From: Chloroflexota bacterium
GTDB lineage: Bacteria > Chloroflexota > Anaerolineae > Promineifilales > Promineifilaceae
Assembly: GCA_002746795.1 (NCBI GenBank)
Contig: PDQY01000100.1
Span: 29-64,028, forward strand
Direction: 5' to 3'
DNA length: 64,000 nucleotides
Shown here in pieces: positions 8,551 to 18,524 of this stretch. Numbering within the stretch: position 1 is the first letter of the stretch; every line of letters starts with the position of its first letter. The notes beneath the pieces were generated by a model that did not search any database, had not been told where the DNA came from, and saw only the letters and a program-made list of their open reading frames with translations. A program made the position numbers and the translations under genes.

Positions 8551-11500
8551 GGCAAGCAGGCCAATCGACGCCTTGCCAGGTATCAGCCGCCACAGAATCA
8601 CCGTCCGGCGGCCATATCGCCAATTCACCCGACAAAGCTTGCACCATCATGCCATATGGATTAGACAATGAGGGCATTTCAAGACCAACATCGATGTTCA
8701 TTTCAACCACCCACTGATTGGTGCCAGGTTCCCCAATAACGGCCGTCCAGTTGCTGCTAGTGTAGCCTGGGTTCCAGTTCAAACCATCTGCATTATTGCC
8801 AATACCAGCCTGCACCGTCACAGTCTCATCCCGCACAACCTGGAAGAATCGATCCGCGGTGTCTGGATCCCCCCTATTACTGATCGTATCAAAATAAAGC
8901 CGCAGCGAATCACTAGGATTATCCGTCACATCATTCAGCAACCAGGCAGAATAAAGATTATCGCCCTGGCGCACCAGATAACCTTGCACCAAAGCACTGG
9001 GATTTCCTTCTGGCGAAAATTGAATTTGCGGTGAGGCTGGCCATTCCGTTATATCAAACACACCATCAATGGTCGGGGGTGTTTCCTGACAGGCCACCTC
9101 GGGATTCGGCATGGGTGTGTTGGTCGGGGTGCTGGTATCAACGGGCGTATTGGTCATCGTTGGCGTCGGCGAAACAGGTGTTTCTGAAGGTGTGGGGGTG
9201 AAAGTCGGCGTCCCCGAGGCTGTCGGTGTGGCTGATGGCGTGAAGGTCCAGCTTGGCTCCAGCGTAGGCGTAAGCGAAGCTGTGACCGCAGGTGGCGTAT
9301 GGGTGGCTGTGGGCGAAACGCCCGATGTGGCTGTGGCCGAAGGTACCGGCGAAATCGTTGGTGTGGCCGTTTGCCTGAGCAGGGGATCCCAACCGTTTGC
9401 CACAGCTTGACCATCCGATATGCCGTCACCAGAAGTATCCCATTGCACAGGATTGGTGCCCCAAGTTCTGATTTCATCCCCATCAACCAGGGCATCTTTA
9501 TCGGTATCTCGATCCAAGGGGTTGGTGCCATAGCTCAGCACCTCTTCACCATCTAACAACAAATCAAGATCTGTATCTGGCTTACTGGGATCGGTGCCAA
9601 TATGCTGTTCTTGCTCGTCACTGAGGCCATCCCCATCTGTGTCTTGACCGGGAGCAGGAGTCAGGGTAACGGCCGTTACATCAAGCGTGGGTGTGTGAGC
9701 GATAACTGTTTGCGTTTCTTGAATCGGGGCGGAGGTGGATGTGTTAAAGGGCATACCGCCGCCACCAAAGATATTGTCCCTGCCAAAAATAGCCACTGCA
9801 AGCGCCACAGTAATGCAAAAAACAACCACAAACAACAAAACATACAGCAAAGCTGGGGGAATCGCCATCCCCGTTTTCGCCTCGCCATTCAAAGTCGCCT
9901 GCCTCCCATTAGCGGCAGAAACCACAACAGAAAACGGATACATATCACTGCTGCCGCGCCAAACTCGCTGCCGCGCCGCCAGTTTCAACTCAACCGTTCT
10001 GGCACGTCCATTCTCAATGGAGATTCTACCTCTTTGCCCTTGAACTTTGAGAGCTTTATGTGGATCATCCACCATGACACTAAAATCAGCTCTGGTGTTG
10101 CCAATGTTTTGGATAGTCACGCTCACATGCTCAGGCAATCGCACTTGCGTGTTGCTGAGGCTCGCTTCAAAAGCCACAAATCCAGCCACTTGTAAGGTGA
10201 CGCTCTTGCCAACGTTCAGCTCTCTGAACTGCTGCGAGCGGAGTTGTATGTACATTTTCTGCCGACCGCTTGGTGTCCTCGCTGTACGCCGCGGATTTAC
10301 AGCAATCGCCACCTGTATCGTCTCACCCGCAGGCACCGAAATGTATTCGTTCGGGACAATGACCCAGGAGTCTGGAATGCCTTGCACCCGCACAGTCACC
10401 CGATCATCCTGCATGGTATGATTGACGATTTCAACATTGATTGAGCAGCGACGCCCCGGTTCGACTGTAAAAGAGTTTTGAGCAAGGAACATTTCCAGCG
10501 GGGGTTTTTCTGGCACCCCAATTTCGGTGGCAGGGGCTGTGTGTCCCAGGGAAACGGCCGATTTCCCCCCTGCCATTGTCGCCACTAAATCAGACTCATA
10601 AGGTGTCACCTGTGGTCCTTGCAAAACCAGTTCATAGGGACCAATCCGCAGCCGTTCGCCCGGCGTCATCGGCGTGTGATCATTGGCACGCAGGCGATGA
10701 TCATTGACGAAGGTGCCATTGATGCCCCCCAAATCCAAGACTTCCCAACCTAGTGACGTTGCTTGCACACGCGCATGATGGCGCGATACGCCTTCTGCTG
10801 GCAAGACAATGTCGTTATCAGCATTGCGCCCCAGGGTCACAGTCGCTTGTGTCAGAGGCACGTGGCTGGCAGGATGCCCGGGGGTATTGATGACAAGAAA
10901 AAACCCTTCTGGCGCTTCGGTGACGTTGGCTAAAATATCTGATTCCTGCGACATCACCTGGGTGGGTGCCCCTTCCAATGACAACAAAGCACTGCGCAGC
11001 GCCTTCACCAAGTCGCCACCAGTTGGGTAACGTTCATTAGCATTTTTCGCCAACAATTTGAGCAGGATCACGTCAATGATTTGGGGCAAGTCGGGGCGCA
11101 CCTCTCTGGCCAGCTGCGGCATCGTCCCACGTTGATGCACAGCAATGGCATCCGACAAGCTCTGGAAGGCAAAAGGCAAGCGGTTGGTGAATAGTTCATA
11201 CAGCACCACGCCAAGGCTGTAAAGATCAGAACGGCGGTCTACAGGGTTCCCTTGGCACTGCTCAGGCGACATGTACGTGGGCGTTCCCAATGTCATGCCG
11301 CTTTCAGTCATGTTGGAACCTTCTGTGAGTTTGACCAAGCCAAAATCGGTGAGAATGGCACGGAAAGGCTGCTCACTCGGTTCATCAGAACAGGCTAATC
11401 GTTTGAGGATGATATTGCCCGGTTTCACATCCCGATGCACAATGTCGCGTCGGTGTGCGTAATCTAAAGCCGCCGCCATATGAATGCCAATCTGCAAGCT

Positions 11501-11848
11501 TTGCGCTAACGGCAGGAACTTGCCTTCCTGCTGCAAGCGGCGTAGATGGGCACGCAAACTGCCCCCATCCACATACTCCATCGTGATGAACAACCCTTCG
11601 GGAGAGTCGCCAAAATCAAAGATACGCACGATGGAAGGATGGTCGAGCTTGGCAGCCACCCGCGCTTCTTGGATGAGTCGGTTTCTAAACTCCTGGCGAC
11701 GGGCATAATGGGGGTGCATCAATTTTATCGCCACTTGTCGATTCAAGTTGCGATCTTGGGCCCGGTAGACGGTGCCCATTCCCCCATCACCCAAGAGTGA
11801 TTGCAGTTCGTATCGATCATTGATAATGTGGCCGATCATATTGCTCAT
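8546..11848 (-). CDS. Ser/Thr protein kinase with FHA domain, one TM helix and a large extracellular region (TSP3-like Ca-binding repeats, PT-rich linker, carbohydrate-binding-like domain)
   Basis: Kinase motifs HRDVKPGNIIL and DFGLVK. FHA segment TLGRNADNDIVLPAEGVSRHHARV. TM helix LLYVLLFVVVFCITVALAVAIF. DTDGDGLSDEQE and DTDKDALVDGDE repeats. Long P/T/S tract. Confidence 0.85.
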   Translation of the reverse strand: MSNMIGHIINDRYELQSLLGDGGMGTVYRAQDRNLNRQVAIKLMHPHYARRQEFRNRLIQEARVAAKLDHPSIVRIFDFGDSPEGLFITMEYVDGGSLRAHLRRLQQEGKFLPLAQSLQIGIHMAAALDYAHRRDIVHRDVKPGNIILKRLACSDEPSEQPFRAILTDFGLVKLTEGSNMTESGMTLGTPTYMSPEQCQGNPVDRRSDLYSLGVVLYELFTNRLPFAFQSLSDAIAVHQRGTMPQLAREVRPDLPQIIDVILLKLLAKNANERYPTGGDLVKALRSALLSLEGAPTQVMSQESDILANVTEAPEGFFLVINTPGHPASHVPLTQATVTLGRNADNDIVLPAEGVSRHHARVQATSLGWEVLDLGGINGTFVNDHRLRANDHTPMTPGERLRIGPYELVLQGPQVTPYESDLVATMAGGKSAVSLGHTAPATEIGVPEKPPLEMFLAQNSFTVEPGRRCSINVEIVNHTMQDDRVTVRVQGIPDSWVIVPNEYISVPAGETIQVAIAVNPRRTARTPSGRQKMYIQLRSQQFRELNVGKSVTLQVAGFVAFEASLSNTQVRLPEHVSVTIQNIGNTRADFSVMVDDPHKALKVQGQRGRISIENGRARTVELKLAARQRVWRGSSDMYPFSVVVSAANGRQATLNGEAKTGMAIPPALLYVLLFVVVFCITVALAVAIFGRDNIFGGGGMPFNTSTSAPIQETQTVIAHTPTLDVTAVTLTPAPGQDTDGDGLSDEQEQHIGTDPSKPDTDLDLLLDGEEVLSYGTNPLDRDTDKDALVDGDEIRTWGTNPVQWDTSGDGISDGQAVANGWDPLLRQTATPTISPVPSATATSGVSPTATHTPPAVTASLTPTLEPSWTFTPSATPTASGTPTFTPTPSETPVSPTPTMTNTPVDTSTPTNTPMPNPEVACQETPPTIDGVFDITEWPASPQIQFSPEGNPSALVQGYLVRQGDNLYSAWLLNDVTDNPSDSLRLYFDTISNRGDPDTADRFFQVVRDETVTVQAGIGNNADGLNWNPGYTSSNWTAVIGEPGTNQWVVEMNIDVGLEMPSLSNPYGMMVQALSGELAIWPPDGDSVAADTWQGVDWPACP

Positions 11849-11862
11849 GGTGCCTGTTCCTT

Positions 11863-11959
11863 CTAGTGCGCATCCATAAATAAGTGATGTAATTGATGGA
11901 TGCGCTTCCAGTGACCTTTCCCCTGAAAAACGGGGAGTAGTTTTTAGACGGTCACTAAG
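11863..11959 (+). repeat. SIR, B-type
   Basis: CTAGTGCGCATCCATAAATAAGTGATGTAATTGATGGATGCGCTTCCAGTGACCTTTCCCCTGAAAAACGGGGAGTAGTTTTTAGACGGTCACTAAG. Nearly identical to 63047-63139. Confidence 0.8.
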
Positions 11960-11969
11960 CAGTAGGGTC

Positions 11970-13019
11970 TTATCTGGCTCGTTTCAAGATAGCCCGGAGC
12001 GTATCAAGGTATTGCTGTATTTCTGTGTCGCCTATCCAATAATGGGTGACAGCTCGAAACGCTTTGCCACCTAAATCACCAGCCCAAATATTGGCTTCTT
12101 GCCGCATGGCAGCACCAATTTCGGCTGCATTTATTTCAATATTTTCTGCTAAACTGAAAAATACGAGGTTTGTTTTTACGTTTTGCGGCTCGATCACCAC
12201 TCCTGGAATTTCTGCCAGGCCTTGCGCCAACGTTTGCGCATGTTGGTGATCCTCATGCAGCCGCTCTACCATGTCTGTTAGCGCAATCAGGCCAGCAGCG
12301 GCCAGGATGCCCGCCTGGCGCATGCCGCCCCCTACCAATTTTCGATTGCGGCGTGCCTTTTTGATAAATTCGGTGGAGCCACACAAAAGGGAGCCTACTG
12401 GCGCACACAAACCTTTGCTCAAACAAATGGAGACGGAGTCTACATGTTTGGTGATCTCGCGTGCATCGATGTTTTGAGCAACGGCCGCATTGAACAGCCG
12501 TGCCCCGTCCATATGCAGAGCCAGGCCATGCTTGTCGGCGATGGCTCTCATATCGGCGAAGTAGGCGGGAGGCAGGGGATACCCATGCTTGCTGCCATAG
12601 CTGTTTTCAACTAACAAAAGGGTGGTATGGGGAGAGTGAAAATCGTCTGGGGAAACGGCCGTTTCCACCACCGCTGAATCCATTCGGCCGTACTCGTCTG
12701 TGGGCAATACCGTAGGCACAATGCCACCCAGCACCGCCATGCCCCCAGCTTCATAACAATAGGTATGGGCGTCATGGCCCACAATGGCAGCATCACCCCG
12801 AGTGGCATGGCTGAGAATGCCAAGCAAATTCCCCATGGTGCCGCTGGCTGCAAAGAGCGCCGCTTCCATCCCTGTTTTCTCAGCCGCCAGCGCTTCCAGC
12901 TCGTTTACGGTGGGGTCTTCGCCATAAACATCATCGCCCACGACAGCACGGGCCATCGCCTCCCGCATTTCCGGGGTAGGCCAAGATACGGTGTCGGACC
13001 GGAAATCGATTCTATCCAT
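11970..13019 (-). CDS. ltaE: low-specificity L-threonine aldolase
   Basis: N-terminus DFRSDTVSWPTPEMREAMARAVVGDDVYGEDPTVNELE is typical of the beta-eliminating lyase / threonine aldolase family. Confidence 0.8.
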   Translation of the reverse strand: MDRIDFRSDTVSWPTPEMREAMARAVVGDDVYGEDPTVNELEALAAEKTGMEAALFAASGTMGNLLGILSHATRGDAAIVGHDAHTYCYEAGGMAVLGGIVPTVLPTDEYGRMDSAVVETAVSPDDFHSPHTTLLLVENSYGSKHGYPLPPAYFADMRAIADKHGLALHMDGARLFNAAVAQNIDAREITKHVDSVSICLSKGLCAPVGSLLCGSTEFIKKARRNRKLVGGGMRQAGILAAAGLIALTDMVERLHEDHQHAQTLAQGLAEIPGVVIEPQNVKTNLVFFSLAENIEINAAEIGAAMRQEANIWAGDLGGKAFRAVTHYWIGDTEIQQYLDTLRAILKRAR

Positions 13020-13134
13020 GGGATAAGTTTACGTAATATTAGGCAAGGTTGCAAGGTTGCCAAGGGGCAAAATAGCTAGGTAGCAGCCTCTTCGTTCCCC
13101 AAATACGCTGCAACTTTGCCACTGCGCCCCTTTT

Positions 13135-13737
13135 TTACGCTGCTATTGCCTTGCGCAGCAAGGGTTCAACCGCTCTCAACGCCTGTCCCCGATGGCTAAT
13201 TTGATGCTTCACACTGGATGGCACTTGCGCCATTGTCATTCCCCGATCCGGCAAAAAGAAGACTGGATCATAGCCAAAGCCGCCATCTCCAACTGGTGCT
13301 TCTGCAATGCGTCCTGCACACACGCCAACGGCCGTTCCCACCAAACCAGCAGGCGCAGCCAGAGCAATCACACATTGAAACCGCGCTGAGCGGTCAGCTT
13401 CGGGCACACCCGCCAACTTTTCAAGCAGCAGCCGGTAACGTCCTTCATGATCGAGGCCAGCTCCCCCGTATCGGGCTGTGTAAATGCCAGGCTCCCCATT
13501 CAACGCATCCACTTCGAGGCCTGAATCATCTGCCAACGTGAGATAGCCTGTTTCTTGGGCATAGGTTTCTGCTTTTAAGATGGCGTTCTCCGTGAAAGTC
13601 TGACCCGTCTCCGCCACATCCTTTTCCAGGCCAATATCATCTAAACTCAGCCATGCCAAATCCAGGTCTGCCAACATTTCTGCAAACTCTTTCACTTTGC
13701 CCTGATTGTGGCTGGCTACTAGCAAGGTTTGTGTCAT
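13135..13737 (-). CDS. rdgB: non-canonical purine NTP pyrophosphatase (RdgB/HAM1)
   Basis: ASHNQGKVKEF, GFGYDPVF and ISHRGQAL motifs. 200 aa. Confidence 0.85.
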   Translation of the reverse strand: MTQTLLVASHNQGKVKEFAEMLADLDLAWLSLDDIGLEKDVAETGQTFTENAILKAETYAQETGYLTLADDSGLEVDALNGEPGIYTARYGGAGLDHEGRYRLLLEKLAGVPEADRSARFQCVIALAAPAGLVGTAVGVCAGRIAEAPVGDGGFGYDPVFFLPDRGMTMAQVPSSVKHQISHRGQALRAVEPLLRKAIAA

Positions 13738-13881
13738 TTTTACTCCTTCAATTTTATAGCTGGGATGAGGGGATGCCAGGATTTTTGAAGCAAACGCTTA
13801 ACTCCCGCTCATATTTTTATCGCACCCCATTCTGCTCTATGTTATACTTTGCGCTTAATTCTACCCCAAAAGGAGGTTGTC

Positions 13882-14403
13882 ATGGATAAACAACATCCTT
13901 CGCGGTTGCGTTTCAACTTTGGCTTTTTGCTAGAAGCAAAGATCGGCACCAACCGCATCATCGAGCTAGAGTACCCGACTATCGATGTTGAAGATATTAC
14001 GCTTTCGCCCTTAACCGGCACGCTCAATGTTACGCGAACGTCCGAAGGGGTTTATTTGAGCGGAGAATTACAAACAGCAACGGCCGTTACCTGTGTGCGT
14101 TGTCTCATAGATGCCCTGGCCTCCGTCCAGGTCTCGTTGGATGAACTACTCTATTACCCGCCCAAAGCAGCACCGCCGGGAGAATTGTTCGTTGGTGAAG
14201 ATGGCTATATCGATCTGGGACCGCTTATTCGAGAGATGACCATTCTGGAGCTGCCCATTCGTCCCTTGTGCAAACCAGATTGCCAGGGATTATGCCAGGA
14301 ATGCGGCGCCAATCTCAACGAAACAGAGTGCGACTGCAAAATCGACGACATTGATCCACGGCTGGCCAAATTAAAAGAGCTGCTGGAAGAGGAGGAGCTT
14401 TAG
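13882..14403 (+). CDS. yceD: YceD/DUF177 family protein
   Basis: ATG 13882 follows AAGGAGG. Cys cluster CKPDCQGLCQECGANLNETECDC. The track ORF begins earlier, at 13849. Confidence 0.7.
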   Translation: MDKQHPSRLRFNFGFLLEAKIGTNRIIELEYPTIDVEDITLSPLTGTLNVTRTSEGVYLSGELQTATAVTCVRCLIDALASVQVSLDELLYYPPKAAPPGELFVGEDGYIDLGPLIREMTILELPIRPLCKPDCQGLCQECGANLNETECDCKIDDIDPRLAKLKELLEEEEL

Positions 14404-14408
14404 GGCTA

Positions 14409-15683
14409 ATGTTTTTTGACCAAGCAAAAATCTACGTGAGAAGCGGCAATGGTGGCGATGGCATGATCAGCTTTCGCCGCGAAAAATTTGTGCCGTATGG
14501 CGGCCCCGATGGTGGCGATGGTGGCAACGGTGGTGAAATCATCTTCTACGTAGACAAAAATATCAACAGCCTCGTTAAATACCATCGCAACGTCCATTAT
14601 CGCGCCGAACACGGCAAACATGGCGGCAAAGCTCGGCGCACTGGGGCTAGAGGCGAGACACTACGCCTACCAGTACCACCCGGCACCATGATCCGGAATG
14701 CGGAAACGGGCGATCTCCTGGCAGATCTAACCCGCAGCGACCAAGAAGCCATCGTGCTTACCGGCGGGCGCGGTGGACGAGGAAACATTCACTACACCAG
14801 CAGCCGCAACCAGGCTCCCCGTCTCGCAGAACGGGGTGAGCCAGGTGAAGAACTTTGGCTCAATCTGGAACTTAAACTGATTGCAGATGTTGGATTAGTC
14901 GGGCTGCCCAATGCAGGCAAATCAACTTTGCTGTCAGTTATCTCTGGCGCCAAGCCCAAAATCGCAAACTACCCCTTCACAACCCTGCAACCAAGTTTGG
15001 GCGTGGTGAATCTGGATGGCTATGAAACGATGATTGTCGCTGACATTCCCGGTTTAATCGAAGGAGCCGCCGAGGGTATTGGCCTGGGACATGAGTTTTT
15101 GCGCCACATCGAGCGCTGCCGGGTTCTCATTCATCTGCTCGATGGATCAGCTAAGGAACCACTGGAAGATTGGGCAACGATCAACCAGGAATTAGCCCTA
15201 TACCACACCACGCTAGGTATCAGTTTAGACGAACGACCACAGCTAGTTGTCTTGAACAAAATGGATCTCGACAATGCTATCGCGTGGGAACCACTGGTGA
15301 AGGAGGAAATTGAGAAAGCAGGGTACGAGTTTAAAGCGATCTCCGCCTTAACCAAACAAAACGTGCGCGAGATGCTCTACCAGGTCAAACAAATGCTCGA
15401 CAAAGCACCGGAACCGCTCATGATTGAAGATGAAGAGATCGTCATTCGGGCAGAAGAAGATGAGGATTCCTTTACTATCGAACGTGTGCAAGGTGGATGG
15501 CGTGTACAGGGCAAGAAGATTGAGCGTATCGCCGCCATGACTTATTTTGAGTTTGAACCCACGGCCAACCGCTTCTCCCAAACGTTGGAAAGTATGGGGA
15601 TTAGCAAAGCGTTGGAAGAGGCAGGTGTGCAAGTGGGGGATCTCGTTTTCATTGGCGAAGAAGAATTAGAGTGGATAGAGTAG
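14409..15683 (+). CDS. obg: GTPase Obg/CgtA
   Basis: Obg fold FFDQAKIYVRSGNGGDGMISFRREKFVPYGGPDGGDGGNGG and G1 motif GLPNAGKSTLL. Confidence 0.9.
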   Translation: MFFDQAKIYVRSGNGGDGMISFRREKFVPYGGPDGGDGGNGGEIIFYVDKNINSLVKYHRNVHYRAEHGKHGGKARRTGARGETLRLPVPPGTMIRNAETGDLLADLTRSDQEAIVLTGGRGGRGNIHYTSSRNQAPRLAERGEPGEELWLNLELKLIADVGLVGLPNAGKSTLLSVISGAKPKIANYPFTTLQPSLGVVNLDGYETMIVADIPGLIEGAAEGIGLGHEFLRHIERCRVLIHLLDGSAKEPLEDWATINQELALYHTTLGISLDERPQLVVLNKMDLDNAIAWEPLVKEEIEKAGYEFKAISALTKQNVREMLYQVKQMLDKAPEPLMIEDEEIVIRAEEDEDSFTIERVQGGWRVQGKKIERIAAMTYFEFEPTANRFSQTLESMGISKALEEAGVQVGDLVFIGEEELEWIE

Positions 15684-15756
15684 TGTGGCCAGGTGTCATG
15701 GCGATGCGTTACCTTGACATCTTGCCTTTTGGCTCCTTTATCCCTTTTTCTTTGAC

Positions 15757-16374
15757 ATGATGAAGCAACGAATTGGCTTGCTGGGTGGCACGTTTGATCC
15801 GCCGCATATGGGGCATTTGTGGTTGGCGGAGGCGGCGCGGGATCAGCTGCTGCTAGACAAAGTGCTGTTTTTACCGGTGGGTGAGCCACCACATAAACAA
15901 GAGCGGGAGATAACGGCCGTTTCTCACCGCCTGACGATGCTCCAACACACAATTACAAACAACCCCGCCTTCGCCATCGACACCACCGACATGGAACGAC
16001 CGCCCCCACACACCACCGTCACCCTGATTCCTCGTTTGCAGCGCGCGTATCCGCAAGCCACCTTTTGGCTTATCATGGGCGCAGATTCGCTTGTGAATTT
16101 ACCCCATTGGGTGGAGCCAGGGCAGATCATCCAACAGTGCCGCCTGGCGGTGCTGCCCCGTCCTGGATTTGAGATTGATTGGCTGGCTCTGGAAACGGCC
16201 GTTCCCGGTGTCACTCAAGTCGTTGATATGCTGGAAGGCCCCTCGATCAACATATCGTCCACGGGCATACGTGCCTGGGCAAAACGGGGGCGTTCGCTGA
16301 ATTATTTGGTGGCAACGGCCGTTTTGCCTTACATCAAGCAGCAGAAACTCTATTCTTCATCTGCCGTAGGTTGA
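15757..16374 (+). CDS. nadD: nicotinate-nucleotide adenylyltransferase
   Basis: GLLGGTFDPPHMGHL motif. 205 aa. Confidence 0.85.
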   Translation: MMKQRIGLLGGTFDPPHMGHLWLAEAARDQLLLDKVLFLPVGEPPHKQEREITAVSHRLTMLQHTITNNPAFAIDTTDMERPPPHTTVTLIPRLQRAYPQATFWLIMGADSLVNLPHWVEPGQIIQQCRLAVLPRPGFEIDWLALETAVPGVTQVVDMLEGPSINISSTGIRAWAKRGRSLNYLVATAVLPYIKQQKLYSSSAVG

Positions 16375-16553
16375 GCGGGTTTGGGCACAAAGCGGCGCAT
16401 CTGCTTGACGGAAACCTTATTGATCTTGCGACATTTGGGGCACTCAAGGGCACAATATTTCTGCCGTTTTTCATCTGCCTCAGCTACAGCTTGGCTCATA
16501 AAATCCCGCCCCACATTAAACGAGTGACGACAAAATTGACAATGGACATTCAT
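16350..16553 (-). CDS. small zinc-ribbon protein (hypothetical)
   Basis: ATG 16553 follows AGGAG. Two CxxC pairs (CQFCRHSF ... CPKCRKINKV). Convergent, with a 25-nt overlap of the nadD 3' end. Confidence 0.4.
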   Translation of the reverse strand: MNVHCQFCRHSFNVGRDFMSQAVAEADEKRQKYCALECPKCRKINKVSVKQMRRFVPKPAQPTADEE

Positions 16554-17005
16554 AAATCCTGCTCCTAATGTTGATAACCTACATTCTAACCGCTCATCAC
16601 ACATTACGTCAACTACGCGCCATCACCCACAATGCCCGGCACCTTCATCCATTATTCTTTACCGGACAGTAGCGATTGAACAAAATAACCAATAGAAAAA
16701 ATGTCGGTCACGGGTAAACTCCTAAGTCTTCGACAACCAAAACAGGAGAATACGCATCACCGACAAGAGGAACGTTTACACGAAAGTAATGCAAAAGCTC
16801 AAGAAAATGATGTCCACTGTTCCGCAAAACCAGATAATAACCATAGCCATGATGATGAATGGATTAGAGTTTATTGTTGCCTTTCACCTATTTGCGCAGC
16901 CTGCACAACTTTAGGTGTCTGGTAAAGAAATAGTCGATTAACCATCCATAAGAACATGTCTCATTCTCCTGCAAAATTAATCTGGCTGTTCTAAAATTCT
17001 GACAC

Positions 17006-17569
17006 ATGACCCATATCGATTCATCCACCCTGCGCCCCATGCTGCAAGATAGTCTGGCTAAAGGCCAAAAACCACGGCTAACCGTCACCAGCAACAGCAT
17101 GGCACCGCTCTTCCGGGCAGGCGATCAGGTCATTTTAGAGGCGGCAACGCCCAACCAGCTTCATCCAGGTGACATTGTCACCATCTCTGACAACACGGGG
17201 CTGCTCACACATCGCATTTGGACAATTGAAGCAGATGGCTTTCTCACTCGCGGCGATCATTTGCTTGTTTTTGACGCCCTTTCTCCACCGGAAGCGGTGT
17301 TGGGACGTGTCGTGGGTTGCGCCACCCAAAAGCGAATCTTGTCACTGCAAACTGGCAGCGGGAAATGGCTCAATCGGCATTTGGCCGCATTAGCCCGCAA
17401 AGAATATCGTTGGTTAAGCCACGCAAAAGGGACTCCAACCGAAAATGAGCAGGTGCCATTCACTGCGAAAGCAAAGATCATTCATCGCTTCGTTTTTGCA
17501 TGGGCGGTGGCAGTCACTTTTATCATCAAATTGGCGACTCGTATAAAAACCGGGGAAACGACAATTTAA
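17006..17569 (+). CDS. S26 signal peptidase I-like protein (SipW/archaeal type)
   Basis: Catalytic-serine box SNSMAPLFRAGD, GDIVT..THRI and TRGDH. C-terminal TM helix. Confidence 0.5.
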   Translation: MTHIDSSTLRPMLQDSLAKGQKPRLTVTSNSMAPLFRAGDQVILEAATPNQLHPGDIVTISDNTGLLTHRIWTIEADGFLTRGDHLLVFDALSPPEAVLGRVVGCATQKRILSLQTGSGKWLNRHLAALARKEYRWLSHAKGTPTENEQVPFTAKAKIIHRFVFAWAVAVTFIIKLATRIKTGETTI

Positions 17570-17924
17570 GCAAGGCTGTGGGTTTCAGTGAACAGTGGAC
17601 AGTGAACAATAAACTGATTACCCAAAACCACAGGGCAATCAGGACAAGTTTATGCGTGTATATCGTTGGGTTATTCTGACAATTCTGGCTGGTTTGACGG
17701 CTCTTTTGTTGGGAACGGCCGTTTCTCTCTCACACGTCAGGGCAGAAGTGGGTCACAATGAAATTAGGGACAGGTGAACCACCACATCCGACGATATAGA
17801 TGTCACCCTGTCAATTGACCGCAACCCAAGCCTTTGTCCACGATGAGGTTGCATGGACAACGGACTGAGCCATCCAACCTGCAGGGTTCCTGGCCTGCTC
17901 CCCTTCACGTGATTCAATACACTT

Positions 17925-18380
17925 TTACAGCTTTCGGGCTTCGGCTAAAATGTTAGCTGCCCGCCCGGCTGAGATATTCAACTGCTTAGCCAGGTCTGCG
18001 GGAGAAACGGCCGTTAAAGCGGCTGTTGAGCGAATGCCTACATCCAATAACTTAGCGGCAAAGATAGGACCAATCCCCTTGACCCGTTGCAAATCCTCTG
18101 GCGCCCCGGCCACATGAGCAGACTTCGTTCTATTTTTGTCTAAAAATGGGGGCAGCTGTTCATCTTGAGGTTCAAGAGTGATGTAACTCTCCACTGATTC
18201 CGACGCCAGTTTATGTTTTAAATCTCGCAACCTTACATCGGTAGCTGCCATTCGATCCAATAATTCCAAGGCTCCATTTTCAGCAGACGTTGACTTATAC
18301 CAATACCAAACAAGCAGCCCGACCAAGGTGCCAAACAGCAAACCAAAAAAGAAAGTTGACAGTCCTTTAAGTTTTTTCAT
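17925..18380 (-). CDS. membrane-anchored helix-hairpin-helix protein
   Basis: ATG 18380 follows GGAGG. Sequence MKKLKGLSTFFFGLLFGTLVGLLVWYWY, then a C-terminal VKGIGPIFAAKLLDVGIRSTAALTAVSPADLA. Same architecture as the partial gene at 1-582. Confidence 0.55.
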   Translation of the reverse strand: MKKLKGLSTFFFGLLFGTLVGLLVWYWYKSTSAENGALELLDRMAATDVRLRDLKHKLASESVESYITLEPQDEQLPPFLDKNRTKSAHVAGAPEDLQRVKGIGPIFAAKLLDVGIRSTAALTAVSPADLAKQLNISAGRAANILAEARKL

Positions 18381-18524
18381 TTTCACGCCTCCATGAACGT
18401 CGCATCTTATACCTATATTATGTAAATGGTGTACGAAAAAGCAAGTTTCGGAGGTGGACAGCGGGCAGCGGGTCGTCAGCCGCCAGTGAATGGGGTTGCT
18501 GGCCACCAGTACCTCACGGCAAAT

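Noticed and set aside
9111-10444. A cluster of + strand ORFs (99-197 aa) inside the giant kinase gene, and Gly/Val-rich ORFs opposite its PT linker.
   Set aside because: They are the typical shadow of a PT-rich, GC-biased coding strand. The minus-strand frame carries continuous kinase/FHA/TSP3 homology.
15542-15952. A 136-aa minus-strand ORF spanning the obg-nadD junction.
   Set aside because: It overlaps two well-supported + strand genes and has no RBS or recognisable domain.
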